Of a stretch of DNA of 64,000 bases, positions 35,540-49,519 are shown piece by piece. How positions within the stretch are numbered: the stretch's first letter is position 1; every line of letters starts with the position of its first letter. The DNA comes from Nemertoderma westbladi (Eukaryota > Animalia > Xenacoelomorpha). Both the position numbers and the translations under genes were made by a program. The stretch is from assembly GCA_032718475.1 (NCBI GenBank), contig JAUCBJ010006628.1, positions 6,299-70,298 on the forward strand. The letters are read 5' to 3'. Below the pieces are notes generated by a model. It was not told where the DNA came from, searched no databases, and saw only the letters and a list, made by a program, of their open reading frames with translations.

Positions 35540-38395
35540 TAACAGGTATTGCAGCCCAGGTCAGCCAAAACAGTTTAAATGTTTCTTTGTGATTCAATAT
35601 ACGAATCAAAAAAATTCACTAAATTGGTGATGTAATCAGCAAAAATGTCAGCACAAAATACAAATATCAGCAAAAGTAATTGTGATGCTTTGAATTGTCA
35701 TTAATTTTTTTTCATTATATCATTTCTTATAAAATATCAAATAAGATCTAATTTCTATGCAGAATTTAATAGAGATTAATTTGCATTCCGTTTTTTTGTA
35801 TTACTCGAGTAATCAGAAAAAATTTGAGGGGTAGTTAATTTTTATTTTCGGCAGCCCTTCGTACGGCACTGGAGTTGGCCCATTAAGCAGATGAGTGCCA
35901 AATGTAGGTTACAAAAGAAAATATTTGGAATGAAATTATTATAAAATACAAAGTCTGATGCAATATTTAGTTGGGTGATATCAGGTAGCTTCATGCAGTA
36001 TGACGTGAGGTGAGGTTAATCCTGTAGAAATCACTGATCATGCTGTGTAAAAATACCTGCTAAAATTCTCAATTTGAAGGGCCCATTAAATATTGCATGC
36101 TAGGGTTTCCTTCCATAAGACAAATTCACCTTGGTTTAGTTACCATAATATCTGACCTAAAAATAACAAAATAAAGCCCAGCTATTCAAAAGTCAATAGT
36201 GCCGAAAAGTTGATGAACCATTTTCAATTAATATTGCGATCAGGAGAAGCTTATGAAAGGAATGATTGGCAATGGAATTAAGAGAGGTGGCATGTCTATT
36301 GGCTCCATGTGTGCTGAACTAATGTCTCAAATGCTTCCAGGGAGAAGTTATAGCCACAGTTAGAAGGTGTAGTCACTAGTTCTAAGTATTTCATGGTGAT
36401 TCCAATCTCGGTCTCACCCACCACTAAGTTTCAATTTAATTTCAATTTCAATTTTACAATGCACATTACAAACATTACAATTTATATAGATTTACAATTT
36501 AAAAATATTGATACTGCACATATCAAATTATATTTATCACAATTAGAGATATATTGCTTCACTAGTACGTGACTCAAACTATAGTTCAATAGTTCACACC
36601 TCAATTTAAGGACTGGCTCGAAGCGATATGACTTGTAATTCGACATGATTGCATCCCAAATCAGAAGATGACCTTTGGACAACGTTCCATTGGACAAAGG
36701 TCATCCCATCGACCAATTTTCCATTTCCTGTTCCACTCTTCTATATTGCTTAATATACTGATCCTGGGTTCCAACCAGCATTACTCTTAAGTATCAGACA
36801 ATGTAGACCAGACCAATGCAGATGAGCTTGTCACATTTTTTGTCAGGTTTTGTCACATTATTGCCAAGTCGAGTAGTATTGGTGATGCAGGACTGACGGT
36901 TGTTGAGCTTCATTCTGAGGGAAGAATTGCATCAAGCTAACTTTCTACGTTGCTGTTAATGGAATTCAGCCCAGTGATATCGGAAAGGAGGTTCCCTTTT
37001 TTGTCATAAATTGATCATCCAATCTCTCTTTTGCCTCTCACAGGGGTTCGGATAAACGTCATAGGCCAATACGAATGATTTCCACATTTCCTGGCCTATA
37101 ATGTTGACTGCGTCAGCTCTGGTTAGAAAAGCTATCCAAACAAATCAGCTGTGGGTTCTGAGGTTAATAGAGCCATCAAAAAGATCAGTGGGGATAGCCA
37201 GAGAAGCCAAGAAGGAAGAAGGTGCAAGCTGTATAGTGCTGGTTATGGTGAGACCTATGGTAGTGAAATACACCTAGAACAAAGCTCTGTCATTGATATG
37301 TGTGTTGTAAATTTCTGGAGGGCCTATCTGATGGAGTAATACAATTCAGCAAGGAGGTCAGTGTGTAAAAGGATCAAATTGGTTAAATAGGGTGCAGTGT
37401 CGTGAAATAAATTTATCTTGGAATGGGTAATGAATATTTCATGAGGAAGAAGGTATTTAAATGAGTGGTAGACTTATCTTCAAGGTTGCTAGATAGCAGG
37501 GTTAAACCTGAGCCCGCCTTGCTCCAATTCCCATGCGGTCTCTGTAGGTACTTTAAATCTATGCTGTAGTCACCATTGAGACAACATCCATCACCCAGCT
37601 TTACTTGTGATAGCAATGTTTAGTTCAGAAACAGAATTGACCATTTGCACCACTCTGTTGTACTTCTTATGAGAGGTGGATGTCAAGTTCTTCAGACGTA
37701 CTCTTATTTATTTTATAAGATAGCTGAACTGCTGGCAACTATAGTGTGTGCTTGTATAATGCAAGATTGAGGTAGTTTGAAAGAGTGATGTTGAGCATTG
37801 TATCTCAGAGAATGGAATTGTAGATATCATACATCAGGGGGAAAAACCAGGTTTGTTTGCTGATTCTGTAATACATCTGTTGGCATGGGTGGCTGTCTCG
37901 GCCACACATTCTGTTCCAATTCTAATATGGATGATGGATGTTTGAAATGATGCTTGACCTCTCCTTCTTTACATGTGTATCTTCTAAAGCATCATTAATC
38001 GAAGAGGGATTTGTTGGCAACCCCATTCTCTATTTTGCTACATGTCTCCAATGGATCACGGCTAGGTTATTATATGTGTACACATACTATGGATGTATAA
38101 TTTTGTGCAAATCGGCTTTTACAGGGTTATTTACACAAACTAAAAAATTATTATATCTTATTTAATCGTACTCCCAGTGGGGGGAAGGGAAAGAGGTTAA
38201 ACCCAGGAACTTAAGATCCAAGTTATTCAGTTAATTAAATCTACGACATTGAATAATAAATAATTTTTACTCAATATGTTGGTTACATCAATAAATTTTC
38301 CCTTGTCAGATTAAAATAATATTATCTTATAGATGATGGTAGATCCCACTAAGTCACATTTCTGAGGTTTTGGCTGACCAGCATAATTACTGTAG
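35540..38395. mobile_element. Old TIR element (Kolobok-like, tentative) enclosing a LINE remnant
   Basis: Inverted 13-mers GGTCAGCCAAAAC (35559-35571) and GTTTTGGCTGACC (38367-38379); left end begins TTAACAGG. Confidence 0.35.
36430..38010 (-). mobile_element. Heavily decayed LINE remnant
   Basis: (AATTGA)n-type tail on the minus strand at ~36430-36455; higher GC and fragmentary endonuclease-like translation (CITNTTR). Confidence 0.35.
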
Positions 38396-38780
38396 TTCTG
38401 TAGGAAGAAGTGCTACAACCCGGTGGATCCCATTTTTCTGAAGTACAACATTTATTTAAGATACTGCAATATGGGTTATATGTAAAATTAACAAATAAAA
38501 CAAAGTAAAATATTTACAACCAATTCAAGACCACTATAAAGAGAAGGACATTTTATATGTTGGTGGAGCATAAAATTAATATTGATAGGAGAAAATGAAG
38601 CTAATTGAAGTCCTTCTATATAATTTTCGAACTGGGAACATCAACATTTTGGATTAGTAGATACAATCTGGTTTTGAAACTTGTGGGCTAGGTAAATAAG
38701 GAGCTTCTGGGTGCATGGGGAGTCCGATATCAATGGGAAGATCTCCATGAGGCATTATTCTCTCTACTATATATACTACC

Positions 38781-38885
38781 CTGGTATTAATGGTTGCTAT
38801 TTATATGTATCTTAGTATTAATGGTTGTTATTAATATGTATCCTAGTATTAATGGTTGTTATTTATATGTAAGATTAATGGTTGT
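38781..38885. repeat. Short tandem repeat, about 31-bp unit, 3-4 copies
   Basis: Repeated GTATTAATGGTTGYTATTWATATGTA. Confidence 0.8.
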
Positions 38886-39121
38886 CTTTCTTGTGGTTAT
38901 AGCATATTTTGAATCTAATATCATGTAATGGCTGTTTTGGGTTTGTAGACATACTGTATTCTATCCGCACTATAATTATTGCATGTTATTTTGGATTTTA
39001 TATATATTATTTATTTTACTATTACTTTAGCCTATACTGACTCATATACTGGTATAACTATTGCTTAATAAACGGATATAACTTTCTCTTTATTTCATAT
39101 CTAGTGAACTTTGAGTAGCTC

Positions 39122-39340
39122 TGAGTAGCTCAGTTGTTTGAGCGCGAGGTATACAATCTATTGGTTGAAGGTTCGAGATCCATTGGGGGTTCAAACAAGT
39201 GTCGATAATGTTGAACTAAATAAAGTTGATAAAGTGAGGACCAGTTGAATTAGCTGGGAGCAAAATTTGGGATAGGTGTAGCACCCACCGGGTATCGCAA
39301 GAGGTGCCTCCGGGACGCCTCCAGCTTCAGCTGACTGTTT
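39122..39340 (+). mobile_element. Decayed tRNA-derived SINE
   Basis: A box TAGCTCAGTTG and B box GGTTCGAGATCC at tRNA-like spacing; no intact cloverleaf. Confidence 0.55.
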
Positions 39341-39849
39341 CCTATTGTTTTTTTTAACTTTGAGGAATTGTATAGGAAATATATGCTGTACATACATTTG
39401 GACAATTGGAGTGGTAAGGTTTATAATGGTAAATAGGTTAGGCAATAGGAAGTTCAAATGGTTTTGGTCCCATTAATGTCAAAAATGAATCTAACTAATG
39501 AACTCCCTAAACTAAATTGAGAGAAATTATGTTTGAAATATATATAACATTTAGTTCTTTTATTGGGACTTACCAGACACTGCTATTGTATAACCTGATC
39601 AGCCTGATATTGTTCTATGGTAGACGGATGGCGAGGTGAGTCATTACCAGGTTGTCAGTCATTGACATTGCTGAGCCATTTACTAATATGTACTGGTTGT
39701 GGGGCGAGCTGCGAAAGTAAGCGAGCTTAGCATACGGGTACCACTAACTCAATCGGTGTGTCTGTTGTTCTGTTATGTCAAATTTTAAACGTTAATAACG
39801 ATCTTAATCAATCTTCAAATGATCCAAATCTTAATGAAACATATCCAAA

Positions 39850-40182
39850 CTTGGTAAACATGTTGTTTGGCAAAAGTTCCAGAGAAAGTTTCAGACTAAT
39901 TGCTCAACAATTGTAGAAGTAGTAGGGTTTTGAAGTTGACAATTTCATAAATAAAATATTTCGAGATAATAGACCTTTTCTATATACATAGTAAGTAATA
40001 GTAATTTCAATAGGGCACCCTAAAAGGAAATTGTTATAGCTTGAAAACTAAAAGAGATATTAAATGGCGGTTTACCCCAGATTTAGAAACATTTAATCGT
40101 CCATTATAATCGATCATAAAAAAATACTATCGCAATATTTTGGACCCAAATGGTGTACCCCCACCCCACCCCCAACCCCCCC
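39850..40182 (-). mobile_element. Partial, diverged relative of the 19004-19695 Kolobok-like MITE in the opposite orientation
   Basis: TTGTAGAAGTAGTAGGGTTTTGAAGTTGACAATTTCAT is the reverse complement of ~19225-19262; ends AAATGGTGTACCCC...CC-TTAA. Confidence 0.8.
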
Positions 40183-41351
40183 TTAATAACAAAAAATTGT
40201 TCTGGATTTCATAATTTGATAAGTGATAAATTATATTTTATGGAGCATAATTTTGAGTATGAATGTGCTCCATTTGCAGACACAATGCACAATGTTTTAA
40301 CAACTTGTACTGCTGATTCGACATACCTATGTGGGGAAAAAGTAGGATCTAAGTCCATTTCTGGACGGAAAAACAATAGACTGATGTACTGTATACCGGT
40401 ACGGTAAGTACTGCTGTACTAGAACTGATTGGTGTTGGGGTTGATAACGGGCTACCGGTACCGGCAGTAATTGAGATTATTCTGAGTGCAGTTTAAGTTG
40501 TACGATATCTTTAACATTGATAACTGGCATTAGACAACATTGTTTTCATCACAACCTATTACTTTGTGAGTTGTATGACCGCCAATTCACATCTCCCATC
40601 CATCCATCGATAGAGATAGTGACAAGAGCTTGGAATTTAGGTCCACCATATGTAGTTAAGGTTGGACTTACTCCGTATTCAGAGAAGTGCAACTAATGCT
40701 TGATTCAATCTGGAAAGCTGGAGGAATTCTGTCACTATTGGATAACCTAATAAAACGTTTTTTTACCACAAAGACTTTATTGGCTAAGCTAAATATATCT
40801 GAAGAGCAGCTTGAAAACAATATATAGGTATAGGTATAGTGCCAAATATCAGTAGTTCATCCGTTAAACTTAATAATTAATATTATTGGGACATACGAAT
40901 CAAAAATGTGGTTTTTGTATCGTTATTAATAATTCCTGGCCAATAAACAGTTGTCTTGCATGTGCACAATTTTTTTTATATTCTGATGACTGGCATGCAA
41001 TTTAATCAAGATGTCTTTCTTAACATTATTGAAGGCGCAATAATTCCTTCGCCCCAAAGCACTACCTTTAACCAAAACTCATATAATTTATATTCTTTAA
41101 TTAAATTAATAGACATAATATTGGCTAGATACTTCCCCTAAAGCCTCGATAAGGTTTTGTCAATTTCAGTGCCCAATGACGGAACTTCATGAGGACAGGG
41201 TCTGTTGCTATATCTCCATAAATGGGAGCTGCAGCACGAATTTGTTAATTAAAATTACTTTGTAAGTTATTTTAGAGAACTACACTGTAATGCAAGGACT
41301 TCGGAACAATATGCAGGGTATGAATATTTTGATTTTCATTATCCGTTTTTC

Positions 41352-41536
41352 TTACTACTACTATCAGCATGCTGTATTGCATGCTGCATTATATATATTA
41401 CATATATATTAAGATTACTGTGCCTACTTGTCGACAAAAATGCGTCGCTACAACTCTTTTTCACCCATGACATTTGCTAGATCATCCGTATTTTCAAGGC
41501 CAGTTTGCTTTAAGAGGCGTCTCAAGAAAGTCATGG
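41352..41536 (-). mobile_element. Old 3' fragment of the same RTE family
   Basis: TCACCCATGACATTTGCTAGATCATCCG and GCGTCTCAAGAAAGTCATGG are reverse complements of the RTE 3' end; (CTA)n tail. Confidence 0.85.
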
Positions 41537-42593
41537 TCATTATTGTTACCTTAGGCAAGGATGTAAAATTACTCGTTTTGTAGTTCTATATTGAATAAGC
41601 CGTATTTTCACTGAACCTTGCATTGGATTATATAGATATATATAGTAAATCATTTGGATGATTTTGGTTGAAATTATTATTGTGATCAATAAAATGCAAC
41701 TCAATAATGATTTCCTAACATTTGCAAATTTGAAGGAACTTGATCACATAAAATCAACTTACATTAAACGTTTACTAGGAATACATTACATATTACAGCA
41801 CCAATTACACTTCAGCTATGCATCTTGTTGACGAACATTTATTGCGACTCGCTCACTGCCGACTGTATCTGCCGCTATTGCAACTCCAACTGTTCCGACC
41901 GCTTCTCGTTCTCGTTGTGCGATGCACAACGTCCCCGACTCTAGTGGAACTGGCAGCAAATGCGCAATGAGTTTCGCATTGCACGAGTTACAGGTGCTTT
42001 ATTACCAAAAAATGCATCGCTAGGTCTAAGAAAAATGTAACATATGCATAATTTGCCGTTTGTTAATGACTAAACTGGTGGTGTTTTTACACTTACCCCT
42101 ATGGACATACAGTAAGAAGCCATAGACTATTGAAAAATAGAAGTAAAAGCTCGGCTAGCTCTTAACATTATTTATTGCGTAAAAATGGTGTGACTATATA
42201 ATAATAAAACTATATCCGTATAATATAGCCGTTATCACTCCATATAAGGTTGTTGGAATGTTGGCACAGTACAGTATAATTGCTCGATGTCACATATTGC
42301 AGCTTCATAATTTACGATTATTAAAAAACTCCGACTACTGCACCACTGCCTGGCTATATGACGATTCGCACAGTATATACAATACACATACAGTTATTTC
42401 GTTTAACACACTCCACGTAACTTATTGTAGTTTATTCTTACATACAGTTGCTCTGTCTACCTACTGAGTACACGTCTTAGAATCTTCACCCACGTAGACT
42501 ATATACCTACATAGACATCAATTACAGTTGGTCTATCCAACATACTCACAAGCGTCTGCTGAGTTTTCTCTATTTAATTTTGTTTATTAACAG

Positions 42594-42646
42594 ATGAAAA
42601 TCTATCTGAAATCGCAAATATTGACATAAAAGGAAAACAAGTGAAG
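42594..42646 (+). other. Candidate upstream (probably 5'-UTR) exon of the 44-51 kb gene
   Basis: Pyrimidine tract plus TTAACAG acceptor; AAG|GTAGT donor. Confidence 0.35.
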
Positions 42647-43269
42647 GTAGTTAATTTATTGCACTCCGAAGTATTTATGTTGTCTTCCGGTATTGGTATA
42701 TGAAATTTTGTAAAATTTATCTATTTAAAAATGTATTTAATTTAATCAATTGCTTATGCAGGGTTGAACAATAAATACACTGCACGTTAGTTCCTGGCGA
42801 TTTAAAAAATGATGAAAAATACATTTTTAAAAAATACTCTTAAAAGTTATCATATTATTATTACCTATTTATTACATATTCAAAGATCAATAATTAAAAT
42901 TACTATTAAAATAGTATTACTGTAAAATAAAATACTGCTATGGCAAAGGGTTAAAGTCATTAAAATTGCTAATAAACTTTTGTGGAAATACTGTAAATAA
43001 ATATTATGTTTTTATAATGAACAAGTGAATATTAAGTAAAATGTAAAAAAAAAAAACATTACACCAGAAGATTGACTATGGAAGTAAATGTAAAAGAATA
43101 AATAAATAAAATAGTACAGCTGTTTATATATTTAATTACTGAAATAAAATACTCTAAGATGTCGCATAGGCCATCGGCAGAAGGGTCAGTTCTGCCGATA
43201 AATTATTGTATGATATGTTATTTTTAAATAAATGTTTACGAAATTTTTAATTTTTAAATTTAATAATTA

Positions 43270-43507
43270 ATTACGCACAAAGTCTTACGACTTATTTCCA
43301 GTGCGGTCCCAACAGAACTATACTCCCCAGAGGAAACTTCAGTACTCATTTAGCTTCTATTTAAGAATGCAAGGCATAGAGGTGAGCCCTGCCTAGTCCT
43401 TCCTTCAATCCATTCGTGCCGAAACTAAAACTGCCCTGGCCCTTGCGGAGATTGAACCCACGACCTCCACAAGGGATGTGAATTTATTACAAACCACTAC
43501 ACCAAGG
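43270..43507 (-). mobile_element. tRNA-derived SINE with a central domain resembling MetaSINEs
   Basis: Minus strand: A box TGGTGTAGTGG, B box GGTTCAATCTCC, then GGCTCACCTC...TAAATGAGTAC. Confidence 0.6.
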
Positions 43508-44053
43508 TGGAACCTATTTGCTTAAGAGAACTAACTTGTACATGTTAACTACATTGGGGCTGAGTTAACTTTAAGTAAAAAAATTGACAGACAAATTGTT
43601 GGAATTTGGAGGACATTAAAATTAAGCAAATCTTCTAAAATTCACGGTCATCAGAATATTTTATTAGTGTATAAAATCAATGAGTTTAAATAAATATGAA
43701 ATATATTTGTGAGATTCGTTCTCGAGATTTTGCTTAAAATATGTAGGCTGACACATTGTAATTCTAAACATCAGCCAGCATGTCAATGCGATATAGGCAT
43801 GCCACTATAAATAATTCTTCCCCCAGACTGAAGAATGCGCGAATTGTACGCCAAATAATTCAATTAGGTTAATTAAAGTAATTCCAATGATAAAGTGGAA
43901 ATATCTCGCGATAAGACACAAAAAATCGTAACCTGTAAATAAATAAATACCTTATTATTTAGGGGGTGGGGTCGGGGGGTCTGGCTATTTGTTATGTACC
44001 ATACCTGTATTATTATTTCCAATTCATTTATTTATACTATTAATCACAGGAAA

Positions 44054-44155
44054 ATGCTGCCGTTTAATTGGATGATAGTTGTACTTGCCATAGTCGGTTT
44101 GACGTCTCAGAGAGTCCAAGGAACATCTTCAAACAGTGATTATTTAGTAACACAG
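44054..44155 (+). CDS. Exon A of an unknown secreted-protein gene (signal peptide MLPFNWMIVVLAIVGLTSQRVQG)
   Basis: Acceptor TAATCACAG at 44049, AAAATG start context, 34 codons, CAG|GT phase-0 donor. Confidence 0.65.
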
Positions 44156-44199
44156 GTCGGTATAATTCTAGCATTTCTTATTATGTTTTTCAAGTTAAT

Positions 44200-47100
44200 A
44201 CAATCAATCAATTGTATATTCTTTATATTCTTTATATATTTATATAATAGTATATTCATCAACCACGACTCCATGGCGGTTCCACTGTTTTCTGGTGGGA
44301 TGGTGGATTGGAACTGGTGTTCCTATTCTTATAGGTCCAAGGGCCTGTGTGCCTCGATTGTATTGCATGGTCTGGTGTTCACGGATTGTAGGTGCAACTA
44401 CATCGAAGGCTGTCCAGATCTCATGTTGAGATTGGTGGAAGGTACCTGCAATCGTAGAGGGTGAACAAATTCATACTATTTGGGCGCATAAAATGACAGA
44501 TTCGCGTGGGTTATTCAGTAGCTCAAGGAGGCCCTAAAGAAATGCTTCTAAGTCACTTTGCCCATCCGTTGTGGCAAGCAGTAACTTCAGGGCCTTCACA
44601 GCCGACTCTGCTTGGCTGTTTGATTGTGTTTATTATTGAATGATGTCACTGGGCATATCCACCACTCTCATAAGAATTTGGTTGGTGAACTCTGTTCCTT
44701 TGTCGGATCTACATCGATTGGGGATGCTGAAACGCATGTACCAGTGGTGAAGGGAGTGGATTGTTGTAGTGACCGTGGGAGCAGCATGGAAACTGAATAG
44801 TGCTGGCCACCATATGTAGCGGTCCACCACTGCTAGGAAATGTTGCCCATTGTGGGTGAAAATGTCACATAGCACGTCTTGAAATGGGCGAGTTGATTGC
44901 AGCCCATCCAAGAATGGTTTATTGGTGAGGCTGGGGTGGGGGAAGAGAGTCTCATGCACATACAGTGGTGCGAATGTCAGTTATGAGGCCTGGCCAATGG
45001 ACGCACTGACGTGCATGTTATATAGTCCTTCAACACCCAATGAGAGAGGAGTGGTAGTTGGGTGAGTGTCATCCAGCAAGCAGCTGTCGGGACAACTATG
45101 CGAGATACATAGAGGATGAGGATACCTTCTGTTAGTGAAGTAATCCCAAACCAATAAACGGCACAATAAGCAACATAATTAAGAGGGTAGTAACCGAGGA
45201 TGACATATTGGCTACAGAGTGAGTGATGGTATGATGTGAGTACAAAGACATTGAAGAGGTGTGATTGCATATTGGAGCCTAGAAATCGGGTGTTTAATAT
45301 GTATTGGCAGACAGAACAATGATGCAATAACTACTGTAGGGATGTGATACAGTAAGGGCAATGCATTTGGTTATTTGTTATGGTAGAAGGGGACTATTAG
45401 TACGCAGTTGGAAATACCAGGTCACTCACGGCTAAGAAAGAAGTAGCTAGTAATTTGTATACAACAGGTGAAGGTGTAACCTATATTAGAGATTAGTCAG
45501 ATGTTGATGCCAATTATTGGAGGTATATTACATTATGTTTTTGGTAAAGCAGTTTATTCCATGGGTGTATTTCTATAGTAAATGTCTTTTACTTGATTAT
45601 GTTTACTAAAGTATTTATATGTGTTATCGGTTATTACACTACTTTGCACCATATGTGCAATAGCTCTTATTGGTGAGATATTATTACTAGTAAATGCCAT
45701 TAAACATCAGTCAACAAGAACCTTCTTATTTATTGCACTTGTCTATCGCATATCCTCGATTGGCCACTTGTGGACTGATGGCGAAATCGGAAGTCATGTG
45801 GGAAGGGAGGTAGGCATTTCTACTAGAGAGCACTTGTGGTCTTTCGATTATCTCACACGCACCCGACGAAAGATATACCTCTGGTGACCTTTTCCAGAGG
45901 AGTTCCCTTACACCTTCGTTTGATAAATGGTCCTCCTTTTACCAGTAGAAGCGGCGACATCTGGGACTGCCTTATGAAGATGTATTGTGAGTCTTCTGGC
46001 CTAATACCCACATGATCTGCAGGGAGAGTGTCTGCAATGGATGTTACGTTATTGCCTATAATTGTAGTAGCCGTCTGCTGTAAAATGGTTTGGAGGAGTC
46101 CGCTGAGTTCACCATCATCAGTGATGTCAACAGGCATAGGGTTGGAAATGGGGGTGAATGATAGCTCATCAGGAATAGAATGATCCTTCCATTTAGCCAT
46201 GTTGTCTGGAATTGGTATCCTGCAATCTTGGCATTTACTCTCTGCGCAGACAGGTAATCCAAGGAAGTAGAAGTGGCACTTTATAATCACCCAGACCACC
46301 GTGAGGAGCTCCAGTACTATTTTTGTATAATGCAATTCAGTGTCACTAGTAAATTGAGAGCTACACTCAATGAGTTTGCAGTTCTCTCCATGTTGTTGGA
46401 GGAGTGCATAACCGAACCCAGACCCTTGAGTCGCAAAGTGTTGGTCTCGAGTCGGGAATGTGGAGGGGGGGTTGAATGCATGAGGTTCTAACAACAATCC
46501 TGGAATGCTCGTTCGTGATCTGCATTACATTCAAACATGTATTGCAGTGTATGTAAGGGTGATGGAGTGGAGTTTATTTGTATTGAGAATGGGGACAGCT
46601 GCTCCATTAAAACCATGAAACTTTCTAAAGCCATGTCATCTGTTGGATGAGGGAATGAGGATATCGCTTTCAGTTTATCAGGATCGGGTGCAACCCCAGT
46701 GCCCCCAACAGTGTATCCACCAAACTTTACTGAGTCTTTGGTATATAGAATCTTTCCTGGGTGCAGCGAAATATGGATTTTGCGACAATGAGTGAGGAAC
46801 TCACGGACATGGGCTGCATGTTTCTTTGGTGTTTCATTGAAAACCATATCCTCGGTGATTATACTGTGTCTAGATCCACCCCATGGGGTCAAGAAAGTGG
46901 TAATGCCCTGGGACTCATCATCCACTGGGATCTGCCAGCAGCCGCAATAGGCATTAAAAAAGATACATGCTTTAGGGTTGATCTCAGCAATAGCCTTCCA
47001 TGGAATAGTGTAGGATAGTATGGACAACATATTTGGTTGTTGAGGTTACGCATATCTACACGGAGGTGGAGCTCCCCCTTAGGTTTGGGCGCGAACATGG

Positions 47101-47960
47101 TCATGGGGTATACCCATCAGCCTCTGCACATTCAGTTGGTTCTTCTGTACGAGCAATGACACCGCAGGATCGAGGACATCCAGGTATTCCAATGCCTCCT
47201 TTCGGAGCCAAAAGGAATTGGGCAGGCACCATTGGCATGGTATAGCTTTGCATTGGGTTTTATTTAGTTCAATATGCATGCATTGGTTGCCCATGCTTGG
47301 GTCGGAGTGGCACCGATTTGCTGTCAAAAACATCCTCAAACTCCAGCAAAATTTGCTCTTTAGTTACAAATTCCAAGGGTGGTGGGGAAGAGGAGTTTAT
47401 TCCTGGGTGATGAGGAAGTTGTGCTTGGAAGTCTACGAGGGGGGATCCGTATATCCACACAAACCTCTCAGGATAGGATGAGACCATCAACTTCAGGAGA
47501 GGGACATCAGTGTTCGATGTGGTATTACCAGGATTGTAAATGCATCAGGTTAATCAGCCAGCCATCCCTTGGGGTAACCTGTCTGCAGCCACAAGGTTTG
47601 AAGCACCTCGTTTTACCAGAATTGCCAAAGAACACCCTTTGCTAAACTGTTTTTTTCTTGAGTTATGTGGGCACCTCCCGCAGTTGCCACAGTTATGCAT
47701 TGATCTCCCATTATTGGATGTGTCAAGTTTGATGATGTTGAGGGTCCGTTTTTCGCATTCGTACAAGGAGAGTTTATTTATGGTAGAGCACTTCCAAAGA
47801 TGGTGTCACTTTGTCCGCTGACTTCCATCTTTGATAGGCCTGTATGCACTTGTCAAGTGTAAGTTGTTTGAGAATATTTAAATTTCTTAGTGGGTGTTGG
47901 AATCACGGATTCCAGCAAGGATTTGCATTGCGATCTGTTGATCACAACGGTGGTGACACA
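44200..47960 (-). mobile_element. Decayed Ty3/Gypsy (Mag-like) LTR retrotransposon in an intron
   Basis: gag CGNCGRCPH; RT LRVDMRNLN and WQIPVDDESQGITTFLTPWG; RNase H GFGYALLQ and ELLTVVW; integrase RPFQDVLCDIF, LAVVDRY and SDKGTEF. Confidence 0.88.
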
Positions 47961-48099
47961 GTTTGGCCCTCGGGGAGAAATATATTGGTCTTTGATAATA
48001 TATAGGAGATAGAAAAGTGCAAGTTTTAAACAAACTTTAAATTATTTCAGGTAACTATGAACACCCTGAATTCGACATGCCGAATAGCACTGTGGTGTT

Positions 48100-49292
48100 T
48101 AGACCATTAGTAGCACAAGCGGGGGGCCGATCCCCCCCCCCCTCCCCCACTGCATTTTATTAGTAATCATCCAACAAAATCCTACGATATTTGGACTGTA
48201 GTTGGAAGAATTATCCGTGAACATTTCCTAACCTTAAAAAAAATTCCATAAAAAATAAGCGGTATGCTATTTTTCGTGCATCTAAGGAGTGGGCCTGGCA
48301 CTTCAAAAAGAATCTATTGAAAATCATGAGATACGGAAAAGACTGCTATTTTGATTTCAACGCCTTTTTATAGGTTTCCTGAGTCGCTGATTGGAATAAC
48401 ATCACTCTAAAGACATGTCTACGTAGTGGCAGCTAATTTTTGGTGCAGCAAAATTAGGGTGTGGCACCTCAAATTTTGAAATATTCAAGATTCTTAAAAT
48501 ACACCCAAGTTTCGATTTCAACGCATTATTATAGGAGTTATGTGTCGCTGAATCGAATGAGATTACTCTACAAACCAGAATACGTAGTGGTACCTCATTT
48601 TTGGCACACTAAAATTAGGGAGTGGCACATCAAATTTCGAAAATATGCCTATATTTCAAGTTTTTATTTCAAAATTACAAACTAGGTCTTCATGTTTCTT
48701 CTATATTACATTCAATCGATTCAGCTTAACGGAAAACATGAAAATACATTGAAAGATAAAAAAATAATTTAAAAAACAAACCCAAAATACAAATAAAATC
48801 TTTGGGTGTTTTTTCCAAATCTCATAAATTTGTAAAAATTTCAAGTATGCCACGCCAAAATTTTGGTGCACAAAAAATGCGGTACCATTACTAGGTGTTA
48901 AGGTTTTTAGAGTAAACTCATTTGAATTAGCGACCCAGAAAACCTATAAAAATGCTTTTAAAGCAAAACTTAGGCATAATATTTTCAGAATCTTGAATAT
49001 TTCAAATTTTAGTGCACCGCAAATGACGTAGTGGCACGTGATTTTGGTGTACTCGAAAATTTCGAAAAAATTTATGCTGGGAACCAAATTTTGAGATGAC
49101 GGCCATATCAAAAAGGTGAAAGCCAACTGCAACGCCGTTTTCTGCAAAAGATGCGCCATTAAATTTGGCTAATTCTCAAAAAACATTTAGACAGATACAT
49201 AATGTTGCTGTAATGTTTTACAGAAATTTTAAACTAGGGGGGGGGGGGGGGGGGGGAATTCCCCACCTATGCCCCAGTGACAATAGGGATAA
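48100..49292. mobile_element. Decayed piggyBac-like MITE (tentative)
   Basis: Both ends have G-run/C-run subterminal motifs; the right end AATAGGGATAA resembles ...AGGGTTAA; internal inverted blocks (AGTCGCTGAWT/TGTCGCTGAAT vs ATTAGCGAC). Confidence 0.4.
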
Positions 49293-49405
49293 TAACAATT
49301 CTGGTTTCCATGGTTTCCTTATAATAACCAGCTAGTAGACAGAATACAAAAAATTATAATAAATCCTAACGATTGTTAATTAATTAGTTATTATTACATT
49401 TGCAG

Positions 49406-49519
49406 TTTTCATTGGTACTCGAAAATACAATGGATATTATGGAAAGAATTATCGATGGTAATCTTCAAAGACACAGAGAAAAGTATGGGGAAATCAATGA
49501 ATGTTTAGCGATCAATCAG
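49406..49519 (+). CDS. Exon B (FSLVLENTMDIMERIIDGNLQRHREKYGEINECLAINQ)
   Basis: TTTGCAG acceptor, CAG|GTAT donor, 114 nt, phase 0-0, open in the frame required by exon A. Confidence 0.65.

Noticed and set aside
39122-39190. Functional tRNA gene
   Set aside because: A and B boxes are present but the acceptor and anticodon stems do not pair well; better explained as a SINE head.
43994-44464. 156-aa single-exon ORF as listed
   Set aside because: Only 44054-44155 looks coding; the rest reads through intron and Gypsy sequence.
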